Shown: piece after piece, positions 21,094-31,730 of the stretch | Position numbering within the stretch: position 1 is the first letter of the stretch | Layout: every line of letters starts with the position of its first letter | From: an uncultured cyanobacterium | GTDB taxonomy: Bacteria > Cyanobacteriota > Cyanobacteriia > Cyanobacteriales > Nostocaceae | Assembly: GCA_963706595.1 (NCBI GenBank) | Contig: OY970166.1 | Coordinates: 1,792,001 to 1,856,000 of the forward strand | Length of the DNA: 64,000 bases | Direction: 5' to 3' | The notes under the pieces: generated by a model | What the model was told of the DNA's origin: nothing | The model's input: the letters and a program-made list of their open reading frames with translations, nothing else | Database searches by the model: none | Translations under genes and position numbers: made by a program

Positions 21094-22788
21094 ATGAAAG
21101 TAGCAGTTCAGCAGGAAGACTTACAACTTTTAGCCAGAACTTTAAAAGAACAAGTTCTGGCCGAAGTTCCCTCTGGTGAAGTCTTCCAAATTAATTGTGC
21201 TGTCAAAAAAGACCAGTTAATGATTTTAACGCAACATCCACTAGGTGTGACTGTTGACACTCAATCCATCTTTGTCGTGCTGTCGTCAGCACTCCAGTTG
21301 TCACCAACTTACAAGGAACAGCAGGTGCAATGCTTTATCAGAATATTTGGGGAAGAACTACCCTACGCTAGATGTTCCTTAACTATGAAGCCAAGGTCGG
21401 AAATGAGGCGACCAATACCGCTCTCATCTTCTTTGACCTATACTCCTGCGTTGACTGAGAATGAGTCAGAAGAATTGTTTGATCTTTTGGTAGATACACC
21501 AGATTTTGGGACTACCCAGCCACAAAGCCCCGTTAAATCTTTACTGTTCGGGATAACTTTGCTAGGAATTTGTGTGTTTGGTGGTGGCTTTTACTTGTTA
21601 ACTCGTCCTTGTGTCCTGTCTGAGTGTCAAGAAATCCAAACTGCTCAACAATTGAACTTGGAATCTCGACAACTGATGCGTCGTGCTAATTCGGAAAATC
21701 GATTAGTTGCTATACAACAGCAATTAGACACAGCTAGTAACAACCTGTTAATTATTCCCCGTTGGTCGTCGCGTTACCAACAAGCTGGGGAGTTAAAAGC
21801 TCGTTTGTCTATGCAGTCAGACAAAATTAACCAGGTGTTAACAGCTTTACAGGCGGCAGATGTGGCAGAGCAAAAAATGCAACAGACAGCCAATAGTCTA
21901 GAACAATTACAAGATATACAACATTCATGGCGACAAGCGATCGCACCATTGGAGGCGATAGGTGCTAATAGTGAATTGTATGAGCTAGTACAAGGGAGAT
22001 TAGTCAAATTTCGGGTGAGTTTGCAAGCTGTAAATCAGCAGTTACTCGCCCAAGAACAATGGCTCAAAAAACTCAATGATGCCAAAGCTGTGGCAATTGT
22101 GGCACAGGAGCGCCAAGCCAGCGCTAAATCCTTAAATGAATGGGAAAAGGCACAATCTACTTGGCAAGTAGTGATTAATGCTTTAAATCTGATTCCCCAG
22201 ACTAGCCCAGCATACCCAGAAGCCCAAGAATTGTTATTACAGTTTAAACCTCAATTAGCCAGGACACGCGATCGCGCCACCATCGAACAAATAGCAGCTA
22301 AAAGTTATCAACAAGCCATCAACACTGCCAATCAAGCCAAAAGCTTTGAGCAACAAAACCAATGGCAGGTAGCCGTGACATACTGGGATCAGGCTTTACA
22401 GAATGTGAAACAAATTTCTCGAGATAGTCTTTACTACAATCAATCTCAAAGCCTGATTGAACCTTACTCAACCGCCCTCCAGCAAGCACAAGACAAACTC
22501 CAAACCTTGAACGGGTTGCAAAAAGTTCGTAATCAGCTAGATAAAACCTGTTCTAGAGAAATTCAAATTTGCACTTTCACTATTAATAACACCGGAATTG
22601 CCGTATCGCTCACCCCTGAATATGAAGAACTGCTACAAACAACATTATCTGAAACCGACCTTCAGACCACAAATCACTGGTATATTTTACAAGAAGCTTT
22701 GCGGGGAATTGGTGATCAAGCCAATTTGCCAATCTTGATTTATGATACTCAAGGGCAAGGAATATATACGTATATACCGAAAGGATAG
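21094..22788 (+). CDS. Hypothetical single-TM helical-repeat protein
   Basis: 564-aa ORF with a TM segment near aa 150 and W..AI..L..IP repeats. Confidence 0.75.
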   Translation: MKVAVQQEDLQLLARTLKEQVLAEVPSGEVFQINCAVKKDQLMILTQHPLGVTVDTQSIFVVLSSALQLSPTYKEQQVQCFIRIFGEELPYARCSLTMKPRSEMRRPIPLSSSLTYTPALTENESEELFDLLVDTPDFGTTQPQSPVKSLLFGITLLGICVFGGGFYLLTRPCVLSECQEIQTAQQLNLESRQLMRRANSENRLVAIQQQLDTASNNLLIIPRWSSRYQQAGELKARLSMQSDKINQVLTALQAADVAEQKMQQTANSLEQLQDIQHSWRQAIAPLEAIGANSELYELVQGRLVKFRVSLQAVNQQLLAQEQWLKKLNDAKAVAIVAQERQASAKSLNEWEKAQSTWQVVINALNLIPQTSPAYPEAQELLLQFKPQLARTRDRATIEQIAAKSYQQAINTANQAKSFEQQNQWQVAVTYWDQALQNVKQISRDSLYYNQSQSLIEPYSTALQQAQDKLQTLNGLQKVRNQLDKTCSREIQICTFTINNTGIAVSLTPEYEELLQTTLSETDLQTTNHWYILQEALRGIGDQANLPILIYDTQGQGIYTYIPKG

Positions 22789-22939
22789 TGATCTCAAAAG
22801 GCGATGTTCCCAATTCCAAATTTAAAAGCCCCGGAATTTAGGCATAGGATCAATCTAAAATCCAAAATTGTGTTGCTCTGTGTTGCTGTTGCCAAAAACA
22901 CTGAAACAATAAAAGTAGAACCTAGATTAAATATAAACC

Positions 22940-23674
22940 ATGCCTGAACTTCCCAAAAGTCTTGAAGAAGCGATCGCCCAATCTCGCATCGCCACCCAAG
23001 CAGCCCTTGCAGATGGCTACACTCGCTTACAAGTTGATTTTTTGTTCCCAGAACTCAAACTGATGCCAGTAGCGGAACAATTTTTATCTTTGTTTACAGA
23101 ATATGATTCCCGCCTGAAAATTTTCTTTCCCGATGCTGGTGGTGCAGCTTTAGCTAAACGTGATTGGGCGGGTACACCATTTAATATATTGGATATCGGT
23201 ACAGGTAGGGCGGCTTCCCTACAGTCGAAAATTCAACCAGAAGACGAGATTTTTCTATTTATCGCCCCAACTTCCGTAGAGGTTCCCCAAGTGGAAAAGC
23301 TATGTGAAAATATAGGCGATCGCCCTTTTGTGATGTTAAATCCGCGCCTGGAAGATTCCGGTGTTGTCGGTATTGGTTATACAGCCAGACAAACCCGCCA
23401 GCGTTTCATTAGCACTCTGGAATCTTGTTACTACCTGCGTCCTGTAGATGATACAACGGCTGTATTTCGCTGCTATCCCGGATTATGGGAAGTCTGGGTA
23501 GAAACCAACGGCGAGTATCAAAAAGTTGCCGAATTACCGAAAAGACCCACAGGTGATGAGTTGGATGTAATTGTCATCCAAGGACAACCACAAACAGGGA
23601 CAGATTCTGCACCTGCGAAAAAGCCCAGTGTGTTCAAGAGTTTGCAACGGTTTTTTAAGGCGTTGAGTAGCTAA
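22940..23674 (+). CDS. DUF1995 family protein (LPA3-like)
   Basis: FFPDAGGAALA, LNPRLED and FRCYPG.W motifs. Confidence 0.82.
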   Translation: MPELPKSLEEAIAQSRIATQAALADGYTRLQVDFLFPELKLMPVAEQFLSLFTEYDSRLKIFFPDAGGAALAKRDWAGTPFNILDIGTGRAASLQSKIQPEDEIFLFIAPTSVEVPQVEKLCENIGDRPFVMLNPRLEDSGVVGIGYTARQTRQRFISTLESCYYLRPVDDTTAVFRCYPGLWEVWVETNGEYQKVAELPKRPTGDELDVIVIQGQPQTGTDSAPAKKPSVFKSLQRFFKALSS

Positions 23675-23867
23675 CCCAAAGACCAGAAAAATTAACCACA
23701 GATGAACACAGATATAGCTGGGGAGTAGGGAGTAGGGAGTGGGGAGTGGGGAGTGGGTTAAAACCCCAATAGTTCCTTAATGCTACAAATCCCCAGATTT
23801 ATCTGTGGAATCAATCTCAAATCCCAAATCTAAAATCTAAAATCTAAAATCTAAAATCTAAAATTGT

Positions 23868-24569
23868 ATGACTATAATGCTCACCAATGACGACGGAATT
23901 GATGCTCCTGGCATTCAAGCCTTGTTTCAGGCGATAAATGGTAAAAAAGCAATTATTGCCGCACCTAAAGACCATCAATCTGGATGTGGGCATCAAGTCA
24001 CTACGACTCGTGGGATTAATCTGCAAAAGCGTGCTGAAAATGAGTATGCGTTAGCGAAGCTTACCGAAGGTATCGCAGGTACTCCCGCCGATTGTGTGAG
24101 AATCGCCACCAGCCAAATTTGCCCAGAAATCAAATTTGTGCTTTCAGGTATCAATGCTGGGGGAAACTTAGGCGTAGATGCTTATATTTCCGGTACTGTT
24201 GCGGCTGTGCGGGAAGGGGCTACCCAAAATATTCCCGGAATTGCTATTTCCCAATATCGCAAAGGTAAGCTAAGTTTTGATTGGGATGTGGCTGCTAAAT
24301 TGACGGCTGAAGTTTTAGCTGATTTACTCCATCGTCCCTTAGAACCGGGAAGCTTTTGGAATGTGAATTTGCCACATCTGCAACCAGGGGACTCCCATCC
24401 TCAGATGGTATTTTGCCAACCCTGTACCAAACCGTTACCGATTAACTATCGCATTGACGGCGATGATTTTTATTATGTAGGGGAATATAGTCAACGCGAT
24501 CGCACTCCTGGTAGTGATGTTGATGTCTGTTTTTCCGGTAATATCGCCGTCACTCAATTAAGAGTTTGA
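23868..24569 (+). CDS. surE: 5'/3'-nucleotidase SurE
   Basis: LTNDDG, GTPADC, SGINAGGN and SGTVAA motifs. Carries a 7-codon insertion. Confidence 0.93.
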   Translation: MTIMLTNDDGIDAPGIQALFQAINGKKAIIAAPKDHQSGCGHQVTTTRGINLQKRAENEYALAKLTEGIAGTPADCVRIATSQICPEIKFVLSGINAGGNLGVDAYISGTVAAVREGATQNIPGIAISQYRKGKLSFDWDVAAKLTAEVLADLLHRPLEPGSFWNVNLPHLQPGDSHPQMVFCQPCTKPLPINYRIDGDDFYYVGEYSQRDRTPGSDVDVCFSGNIAVTQLRV

Positions 24570-24820
24570 TATCAAACATTTGGGAAAAAAATGTAGAGAC
24601 TTGTGATATGTAGAAGTTACGCATTGACAATTAACATTAAATATGTATTGTAAAAAATCAGATATTTCGTAGGGGTTTAGCATTGCTAAACCCCTACAAT
24701 GCTGGTCTATTTACAATCAAAATAATCGGGGATAAAAGTCTGAAACGAGGTATTTTATGGAAATCATACCCTGATTAATTTGTAAAGTGCGTAAGTTCTA
24801 ATATGTAGTTTCTACAAGAA

Positions 24821-26572
24821 TTAGCGCAGTAACTCCTCGACTTGATGTTGACTCCACAAAGTTTTGTAAAGACCCTCTGTTTGTAATAATTCCGAGTGTT
24901 TTCCTGTCTGGACAATGTGGCCTTTATCCATCACAAAAATGCGGTCAGCCGCCGCCGCCGCAGATAGCTGATGAGTGATAAAAATTATAGTTTTGCGTTC
25001 CGAACCACTGGCAAGATTATCGAGGATTCTAGTCGCAGTTTGATTATCTACGCTGGAAAGGGCATCATCTAAAATTAAGATTGGGGCTTCTACTAACATC
25101 GCCCTAGCCAAGGCGGTACGTTGTCGTTGACCACCAGATAGAGTGATACCACGTTCCCCAACAATGGTTTCGTATTGATTCGGAAAATTGCTAATTTCGC
25201 TATCTATTTGCGCCAATTTAGCCACATACTCTACATCTTGGGCTTCACTAACCGGATCACCATAGCGAATATTATTCTTAATTGTGGTGCTAAACAAAAA
25301 GCTATCTTGAGGAACGTAGGCGATCGCCTGACGTAAATCTGATAATGATATCTTGGTAATATCCAGATCATCGAGAAACAATTGCCCCGACGCAATATCT
25401 AACAAACGCGGTAACGCATTGGCTAAAGTTGATTTACCAGAACCAATCGCCCCAACAATCGAAACTGTTTCCCCAGGAAAAATAGTAAAGCTGAGATTTT
25501 CTAAAGCCGAAGTACTCGCACCGGGGTAAGTGTAGCTGAGATTTTTAGCGGTGAGTTTACCTTGAACTTTATCCAAAGGCAAATGTACAGTATCAGCTTC
25601 ATCTTGAATTTTCGGTGTGACAGAAAGAATCGACTCCAGACGGTCAATACTCACTTCACCACGTTGATAAGCTGTAATTGTGAAACCTAATATAGCCGTG
25701 GGAAAAACCAGACGTTCTACATAAATCAGCAGCGCCAAAAAATCGCCTACAGCTAGGGTTCCAGTCGATATTTGTGTAGCCCCCAGCCAGATAATTACCA
25801 GAGAACTGAGATTAGCTAAACCACCGATTAACGGAAACAGGATATTTCGGCTTTTCGCCAATTGTAAGTTAGCCGCCAATAGCTGCTGATTTTTTTGAGC
25901 AAAAGCTCGACGTTCATTTTCCTCTTGGGCGTAAATTTTAATCAGGGCGATACCGCTAACGTCCTCTTGAATCAGTTCACTGATATCAGACAGTTCCTCT
26001 TGGACTACGGCTTGTTCTTTGCGGAGGCGATTGCTAAACAGATGCACTAACCAGAACATAAAGGGATACACAGCCAAAGAAGCTAGTGTAAGATTCACGC
26101 TAATGGTCAGCATTACTGGTAGGGTCAGAACATAGGCAAACACAGTATTTGCTATACTGAGTACCGCAAAACCCAGCAACCTCCTGACATTTTCCACATC
26201 ACTGGTAGCGCGACTAATTAAATCTCCAGCCGTGTTAGTGGCAAAATAAGACGGCTCCAGCTTGAGTAAATGTTCAAAAATCCGTTGTTTAAGATCAAAT
26301 TCTACCTGTCTTCCCACACCAAACAGCCAGATGCGCGAAGCCATCCGGATCAGCCACATCGCGGAACTGAGCAAGACAATCGGGACTACATAAGATAATA
26401 TATTGTTGAAATTAAAGCTTGCCGAAAGTTGGTCAACGGCTGAACGAATCAACCAAGGGATATAAACACCCAGCCCATTGACAGATAATAAAGCGAGAAT
26501 GCCTAATGTCGTTTCCCGCCAATGGGGACGTAAATAAGCACCGAGTTTAGCAAGTCGTCGAGATTCTGCCAT
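24821..26572 (-). CDS. ABC exporter, fused permease/ATPase (MdlA/B-like)
   Basis: Six TM segments, Walker A GAIGSGKST, LSGGQ and ILDD motifs. Confidence 0.95.
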   Translation of the reverse strand: MAESRRLAKLGAYLRPHWRETTLGILALLSVNGLGVYIPWLIRSAVDQLSASFNFNNILSYVVPIVLLSSAMWLIRMASRIWLFGVGRQVEFDLKQRIFEHLLKLEPSYFATNTAGDLISRATSDVENVRRLLGFAVLSIANTVFAYVLTLPVMLTISVNLTLASLAVYPFMFWLVHLFSNRLRKEQAVVQEELSDISELIQEDVSGIALIKIYAQEENERRAFAQKNQQLLAANLQLAKSRNILFPLIGGLANLSSLVIIWLGATQISTGTLAVGDFLALLIYVERLVFPTAILGFTITAYQRGEVSIDRLESILSVTPKIQDEADTVHLPLDKVQGKLTAKNLSYTYPGASTSALENLSFTIFPGETVSIVGAIGSGKSTLANALPRLLDIASGQLFLDDLDITKISLSDLRQAIAYVPQDSFLFSTTIKNNIRYGDPVSEAQDVEYVAKLAQIDSEISNFPNQYETIVGERGITLSGGQRQRTALARAMLVEAPILILDDALSSVDNQTATRILDNLASGSERKTIIFITHQLSAAAAADRIFVMDKGHIVQTGKHSELLQTEGLYKTLWSQHQVEELLR

Positions 26573-26998
26573 TAAAGCGATATTGCAACTTAATCATCTG
26601 AGGATGAACTGCTGATAAGTCTGTATTTTATGGGAATTTCGGCAGTCCACCTTATCTTAACTTTAACCAATAGGGAAACCCATATAGTAGCAAGTTGTCA
26701 TGAAAACTCTGGCAAAATTCCAACAATTTTGGATTTGGGATTTGGGAGCATGGAATTGTTGCACCCACAAGGGGGAGCCACTGCGGTTCTTTGGTTTCCA
26801 AAGGTTGAGCAAGTGGCGTTGGATGAACCAAAAAAAATCTCAAATACTTGCAGCGCTAACGGCAATTTTAAATCGGCACGGTCAATGTTTTTGAGATTAA
26901 ACCACAGATGCAGATAGATCAACATTGATCAAACATCCGTGGTTAATTTTTCCTGATGCGGATTTTGGCGATCCGTCTCAGCTATGAAAGTGACTTTT

Positions 26999-27745
26999 TT
27001 ACCGAGATGTTTGATTACCACGCAAGAAAAAGTAAATCTGGTTAAGATAACTTTCCCATACTTGGGTTGTGACTTGCAGAGTTTGGGCGCTGGGTACAAA
27101 GTCTTCTATTCTCAATCCGCGATTAGCAATGTCTTGAGCAGGTATTTGCAACAGGTAAGGTGGCACTTTTGCACCCAAAGAATTGAATCCTATGGTTGCA
27201 CGCCCTGGTTGTTGATTCAGCCACAGATTATTGCTCACGACATCAGAAATTAGCTGGGGGGTAGTTGCTGGACTAAATGCCACTAGCACCTCTGGTGAGG
27301 AAGCGTCAGTTCTGAGAGACGACACTAGCCGATAATTCTGAATTATCTCCTGAGTTGCTACGTTGGTATCACCCATCATTGCTACAGGTACTCTCACCAG
27401 AAAGTAAGCGATCGCAGGTGTACTTGCCAACAGTAAAATTGTCAACGACCAACCCACCAAATAACCACCTGGTTTTTCAATCCCGCCGCCCTTAATCCTC
27501 TGCGCGGCAAACATCATCAGCAACACAGAAGCTCCCAGAGGCTTGAGTGGAAATGATACAACCCTCCACAAAGATGCCACAGCTGGTTCATTAGGGTTAA
27601 TAAACGACAAAGCTATGACAATCAACACAATCACTAAAACTAATCGGCCAATAAAGGTTCCAGAAGGATAAAATCTCTGAAACAGAGAGTATACAACAGT
27701 GCCAATCAGCAGCCACAGCAGTACACGACTTAGCAATAGAAACAT
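26999..27745 (-). CDS. Membrane protein resembling the ends of YdcF/DUF218 proteins
   Basis: Four TM segments with LLLASTP and a C-terminal DFVPSAQTLQ..W. Confidence 0.65.
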   Translation of the reverse strand: MFLLLSRVLLWLLIGTVVYSLFQRFYPSGTFIGRLVLVIVLIVIALSFINPNEPAVASLWRVVSFPLKPLGASVLLMMFAAQRIKGGGIEKPGGYLVGWSLTILLLASTPAIAYFLVRVPVAMMGDTNVATQEIIQNYRLVSSLRTDASSPEVLVAFSPATTPQLISDVVSNNLWLNQQPGRATIGFNSLGAKVPPYLLQIPAQDIANRGLRIEDFVPSAQTLQVTTQVWESYLNQIYFFLRGNQTSR

Positions 27746-28038
27746 AGATTAACTCTCAAATTTTCTTGTCCTGTGAGCCAGTTAAAAAACAGGAGTTTCC
27801 CCCATGACCAACTGACACACCCTAGAGATTTTCGGCAGCAGATGTATTTTCTCGTCAAATTGTAGTCGCACTATTACTTGAGAGCAAATACCTCCAACCC
27901 AAATACCAAAGACTACCGTCGTAGTGATTTTAGTGCAATTTTTTCACACTTCGTCGATTATTTGTTATTTTTCGGATGAGTAATGTGGCACCAGTAAACT
28001 AAATTAATCACACAGTTGTCAACTTGAACGGAAAAACT

Positions 28039-29037
28039 ATGTCGAATGGAAAGCCCAGTATCTTAGTCACAGGGGGCGCTGGATATATTGGTTCCCATAC
28101 TGTACTTGCGCTCAAGCAAGCGGGTTATGAAGTCGTCATACTTGATAATCTGGTGTATGGGCATCAAGATTTAGTAGAACAGGTTTTGCAAGTAGAACTG
28201 ATAGTAGGAGATACAGGCGATCGCCCTTTGTTAGATAACTTATTTAAAACCCGGAATATTACCGCCGTTATGCACTTCTCCGCTTATGCCTACGTAGGCG
28301 AATCGGTGACAGACCCGGCTAAATATTACCGTAACAACGTTGTGGGGACACTGACGCTATTAGAAGCGATGGTAGCGGCCTCAATTCGGAAATTCGTGTT
28401 TTCTTCCACCTGTGCCACCTATGGAGTCCCAGAAGTCGTACCCATTCCCGAAAACCACCCCCAAAACCCTATTAATCCCTACGGGGCTACCAAGCTGATG
28501 GTAGAACGAATTCTGTCTGATTTTGATGTAGCTTACGGTTTAAAATCAGTCCGGTTTCGCTACTTTAATGCAGCTGGCGCTGATCCAGGTGGCTTACTAG
28601 GCGAGGATCATCAACCAGAAACCCATTTAATCCCCTTAGTATTGCTCACAGCTTTAGGCAAAAGAAAATCGATTGCCATTTTTGGCACAGATTACCCCAC
28701 CCCTGACGGTACTTGTATTCGCGATTATATTCACGTTAGCGACTTAGCAGATGCCCATGTTTTGGGATTAAAATATCTCTTAGAAGATGGCGACAGCGAA
28801 GTTTTCAACTTAGGTAACGGTAATGGTTTCTCAGTCAGAGAAGTGATTGCAGCTGCGGCAGAAGTCACCGGAATCAGCATACCAGTGGAAGAGTGCGATC
28901 GCCGCCCCGGAGATCCGCCATCTCTAATTGGTAGCGGAGAGAAAGCCAGAAAAATCCTTAACTGGCAACCACAATACCCAGACATCAAAAATATTGTCAC
29001 CCATGCCTGGCAGTGGCATCAAAAGCGACATATTTAG
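28039..29037 (+). CDS. galE: UDP-glucose 4-epimerase
   Basis: TGGAGYIGSH, YGATK, RYFNAAGA and RDYIHV motifs. Confidence 0.97.
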   Translation: MSNGKPSILVTGGAGYIGSHTVLALKQAGYEVVILDNLVYGHQDLVEQVLQVELIVGDTGDRPLLDNLFKTRNITAVMHFSAYAYVGESVTDPAKYYRNNVVGTLTLLEAMVAASIRKFVFSSTCATYGVPEVVPIPENHPQNPINPYGATKLMVERILSDFDVAYGLKSVRFRYFNAAGADPGGLLGEDHQPETHLIPLVLLTALGKRKSIAIFGTDYPTPDGTCIRDYIHVSDLADAHVLGLKYLLEDGDSEVFNLGNGNGFSVREVIAAAAEVTGISIPVEECDRRPGDPPSLIGSGEKARKILNWQPQYPDIKNIVTHAWQWHQKRHI

Positions 29038-29044
29038 CACTCCT

Positions 29045-29106
29045 GTAGAGACGCGATTTATCGCGTCTGATTTATCGCGTCTGATTTATCGCGTCTGATT
29101 CATCGC
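29045..29106. repeat. GTAGAGACG palindrome followed by tandem 14-bp repeats
   Basis: GATTTATCGCGTCT x3 (29055-29096) plus a partial copy. One more copy at ~29209-29222. Confidence 0.9.
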
Positions 29107-29211
29107 AACCGCCAAGGCGTTTAGGACAAAAACAAATCATAAAACCCTTGTACTTAAGGAGTTTTAAGCCTGCCCCCTGCCCCCTGCCCCCTGCCCCCTG
29201 CCATATCTGAT

Positions 29212-29856
29212 TTATCGCGTCTCCCGCCCTTTCATCCCCCGCAGGATAAAAAACACAATGCCCAAAGCCACAAAAATCGCCAACGCTAACACCGTCATAG
29301 TCAACCTTGACCTGATATTGATATCTTGATTCGGTGCATTATTGACATTTTGCACATTTCCTGAATTTCTACCTGTTCCAGCCGCCACCGTCACCTCAAA
29401 CTCAAATTGAAACGGTTTAAAACTAGCCTGAGATATCGGTTTACCATTTAGCTGTAACTGATACCTTCCAGGCCTGGGAAAAGTAATTTCTGCACCCGGA
29501 ATACCTTGATAACGTTCAGCCGCCACAGGTTCTAAAGATGGCTCTATCAGGGCTGGTTCTCCCGGCGTATGGGGTTCAGCATAAATCAACAATTCACAAT
29601 CACACTGCGCCAGGGGAATCACCTGACCACCTTTACGGGTAAGAGCAAACCAAGCTTGGGTAGGTTCCCCAGCACGAGGATTATCATTCGGCTCAATGTG
29701 GATAGTAGCACCGACATCTTCAGATATTTGCACCTGATGGGCAGAAGTGAAATCAGCCGTAATTATTGATATAACTAAGCAACTCAAAAATAATAGATAG
29801 TAGATAATTCTTGGGCTTTGACCAAACCTGTTACTACGATTTGCTTGGGGGTACAT
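29212..29856 (-). CDS. Hypothetical exported protein with C-terminal TM anchor
   Basis: Signal-like N-terminus ending in AH, an HIEPND motif and a C-terminal TM segment. Overlaps the upstream gene, so probably cotranscribed. Confidence 0.7.
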   Translation of the reverse strand: MYPQANRSNRFGQSPRIIYYLLFLSCLVISIITADFTSAHQVQISEDVGATIHIEPNDNPRAGEPTQAWFALTRKGGQVIPLAQCDCELLIYAEPHTPGEPALIEPSLEPVAAERYQGIPGAEITFPRPGRYQLQLNGKPISQASFKPFQFEFEVTVAAGTGRNSGNVQNVNNAPNQDINIRSRLTMTVLALAIFVALGIVFFILRGMKGRETR

Positions 29857-31102
29857 AAAACTTCTCTATATTTAACTTTGACCAAAACACAGGTGAACGC
29901 ACCAATAACACCCCGGAGGTGACAATTACTATTAACACTACCGCTAATTTATTTTCCCATGTTGATTGCAAGGAACCTAAATAATGAGAACCAATCAAAA
30001 CAGCATGAATGGTAGTTAAAAGTAAAGCCGGTACACTCAATAAATGAATCTGTCGCCAACGCTTACCCAAATATTTTTGCAGTGATTCAAAACTTGTGAA
30101 AGCTGCGGGGGTAATTAAGACTAATGCTACAGCACCCGCAGCCATGCCCCACTGAAAATCCGGCGGTAAAAACAAGAAAGCCGCAAATTGCCACTGTAAA
30201 GAATGTGCGAAGTTATGGGTAGTATGAACCACAGCTAACACAAAAGCACCCACTCCCAAACCCCGACGGTAACGTAAGGGTGAAGCCCACAGGCGACTAA
30301 TGGGACGAGCAATGAGTGCCAAGATTAAGCAGACTAATGCGGCGTGTCCACTGTAATCTACCATTGTGTCGCCAGTCCGCAGCAAAGTAAGTATGCCAAT
30401 GGTGAGTGTCACCCAGCCGCCTAAGCGAAACAATTGACTGCGCTGATCTTTATTGACTAAAGAAGTAGAAACACCGACACCTAACATAGTGGGTAGAGTT
30501 CCCAGCCCAAAAGCCAGCATAGTTGCTGCTCCCATCCATAAATTACCTGTTTCCGCAGCCTTAATTTGGGCAGCATATAGAAAACCACAAGGCATTAAAC
30601 CCCAAGTCATGCCTAAAAGCATGGGTGTCCACCATCTGGTTTTGTAAGAAAGCTTCACCATTCCTGTACTCAGACGGTCATGTAAACGTCCTTGTAGTAA
30701 GGGATGTAATAGAGGTATTCTCGGCAATAAGTCGGGTGTTACTTGCCCTAACCCAAACCAAATCAGCATTAAGCCTGTAATAATTGCCATCCAGCGCCGG
30801 AAATCACTGCCTACACCTGCAAACTGACCACCTTGCAGTAAAACTGAACCCAGCGCCCCTATGCCACCACCGACTAGAGCATAACTTAATATTCGTCCCA
30901 GGTTCAGTAATATATGAAATCTTAATTGTTGTTGCCACGAATTGGGTATTTTCCGGAGTGATGGCTGTTCGTGGGAAACTGTTTGTGGTGTTGTTTGCTG
31001 CTGAGAAAGGGAAAAGGCTACCGTGAGGGGTCCACACATCCCAAAGCAATGGCCAAAACTGCCCAGGAACCCCAGGATGGTGATGAGTGACAAATCTAGC
31101 AT
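29834..31102 (-). CDS. TauE/SafE-DsbD_2-type membrane protein fused to a ferric-reductase-like (MsrQ-type) TM domain
   Basis: GHCFGMCGP and GLMPCG motifs. C-terminal RRGLGV...W.QIH...H. Confidence 0.82.
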   Translation of the reverse strand: MLDLSLITILGFLGSFGHCFGMCGPLTVAFSLSQQQTTPQTVSHEQPSLRKIPNSWQQQLRFHILLNLGRILSYALVGGGIGALGSVLLQGGQFAGVGSDFRRWMAIITGLMLIWFGLGQVTPDLLPRIPLLHPLLQGRLHDRLSTGMVKLSYKTRWWTPMLLGMTWGLMPCGFLYAAQIKAAETGNLWMGAATMLAFGLGTLPTMLGVGVSTSLVNKDQRSQLFRLGGWVTLTIGILTLLRTGDTMVDYSGHAALVCLILALIARPISRLWASPLRYRRGLGVGAFVLAVVHTTHNFAHSLQWQFAAFLFLPPDFQWGMAAGAVALVLITPAAFTSFESLQKYLGKRWRQIHLLSVPALLLTTIHAVLIGSHYLGSLQSTWENKLAVVLIVIVTSGVLLVRSPVFWSKLNIEKFYVPPSKS

Positions 31103-31730
31103 TCTGATAAATTCCTGCGGCACGTTTCTAGTGCGAAAATTTACCCTAAGTTCTGGGATTTGTCAAAAGACGAGTTGTCAAACTTCTCACTTTTCACGGA
31201 ATTTGATTAAATGATTTCTAATCCTTGTGTGTACGGTGTGTTGTCGCGTAGCGCAACGCACCATCTTCAATTCTCTTTTGCGTCATAAAACCCCACCCCT
31301 AGCCCCTCCCCGCAAGCGAGGAGGGGAATAAGATTTCTGATTAAATCTTGTTTTTAGGCCTGGAAACTGTCTTTGGCTCAAGATGTGTGTACACGATATT
31401 ACCAACAGAAAAATATGGGGCTGGCGCTAGTTTTCGTCGTAAGTAGTCAAAATTACGGATGACTACAAATATTCTTCACTGAACTTTATTGATTTGTATT
31501 CACCAAAAACCTATATCATACATAAACAAACAGATAAATTTGTATCAGTTTTGGCATTTATAACTTCCAACATGAGTTATAAATGGAACCGAACTTTCGA
31601 GAGATGAAACTCAAAAGTTTGTTGTTTGTGGGAAGATCAACGTTTTCGGTAACGTTGCTGTTAATCAGGGGTTTTGAGCATCTTTTATAAATTAAATTTT
31701 ATCCTGTTGCAAAATATAAATGTTTTGACC

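Noticed and set aside
26630..26925. Four overlapping short ORFs
   Set aside because: The region consists of heptamer repeats and dispersed palindromic elements with no coding signature.
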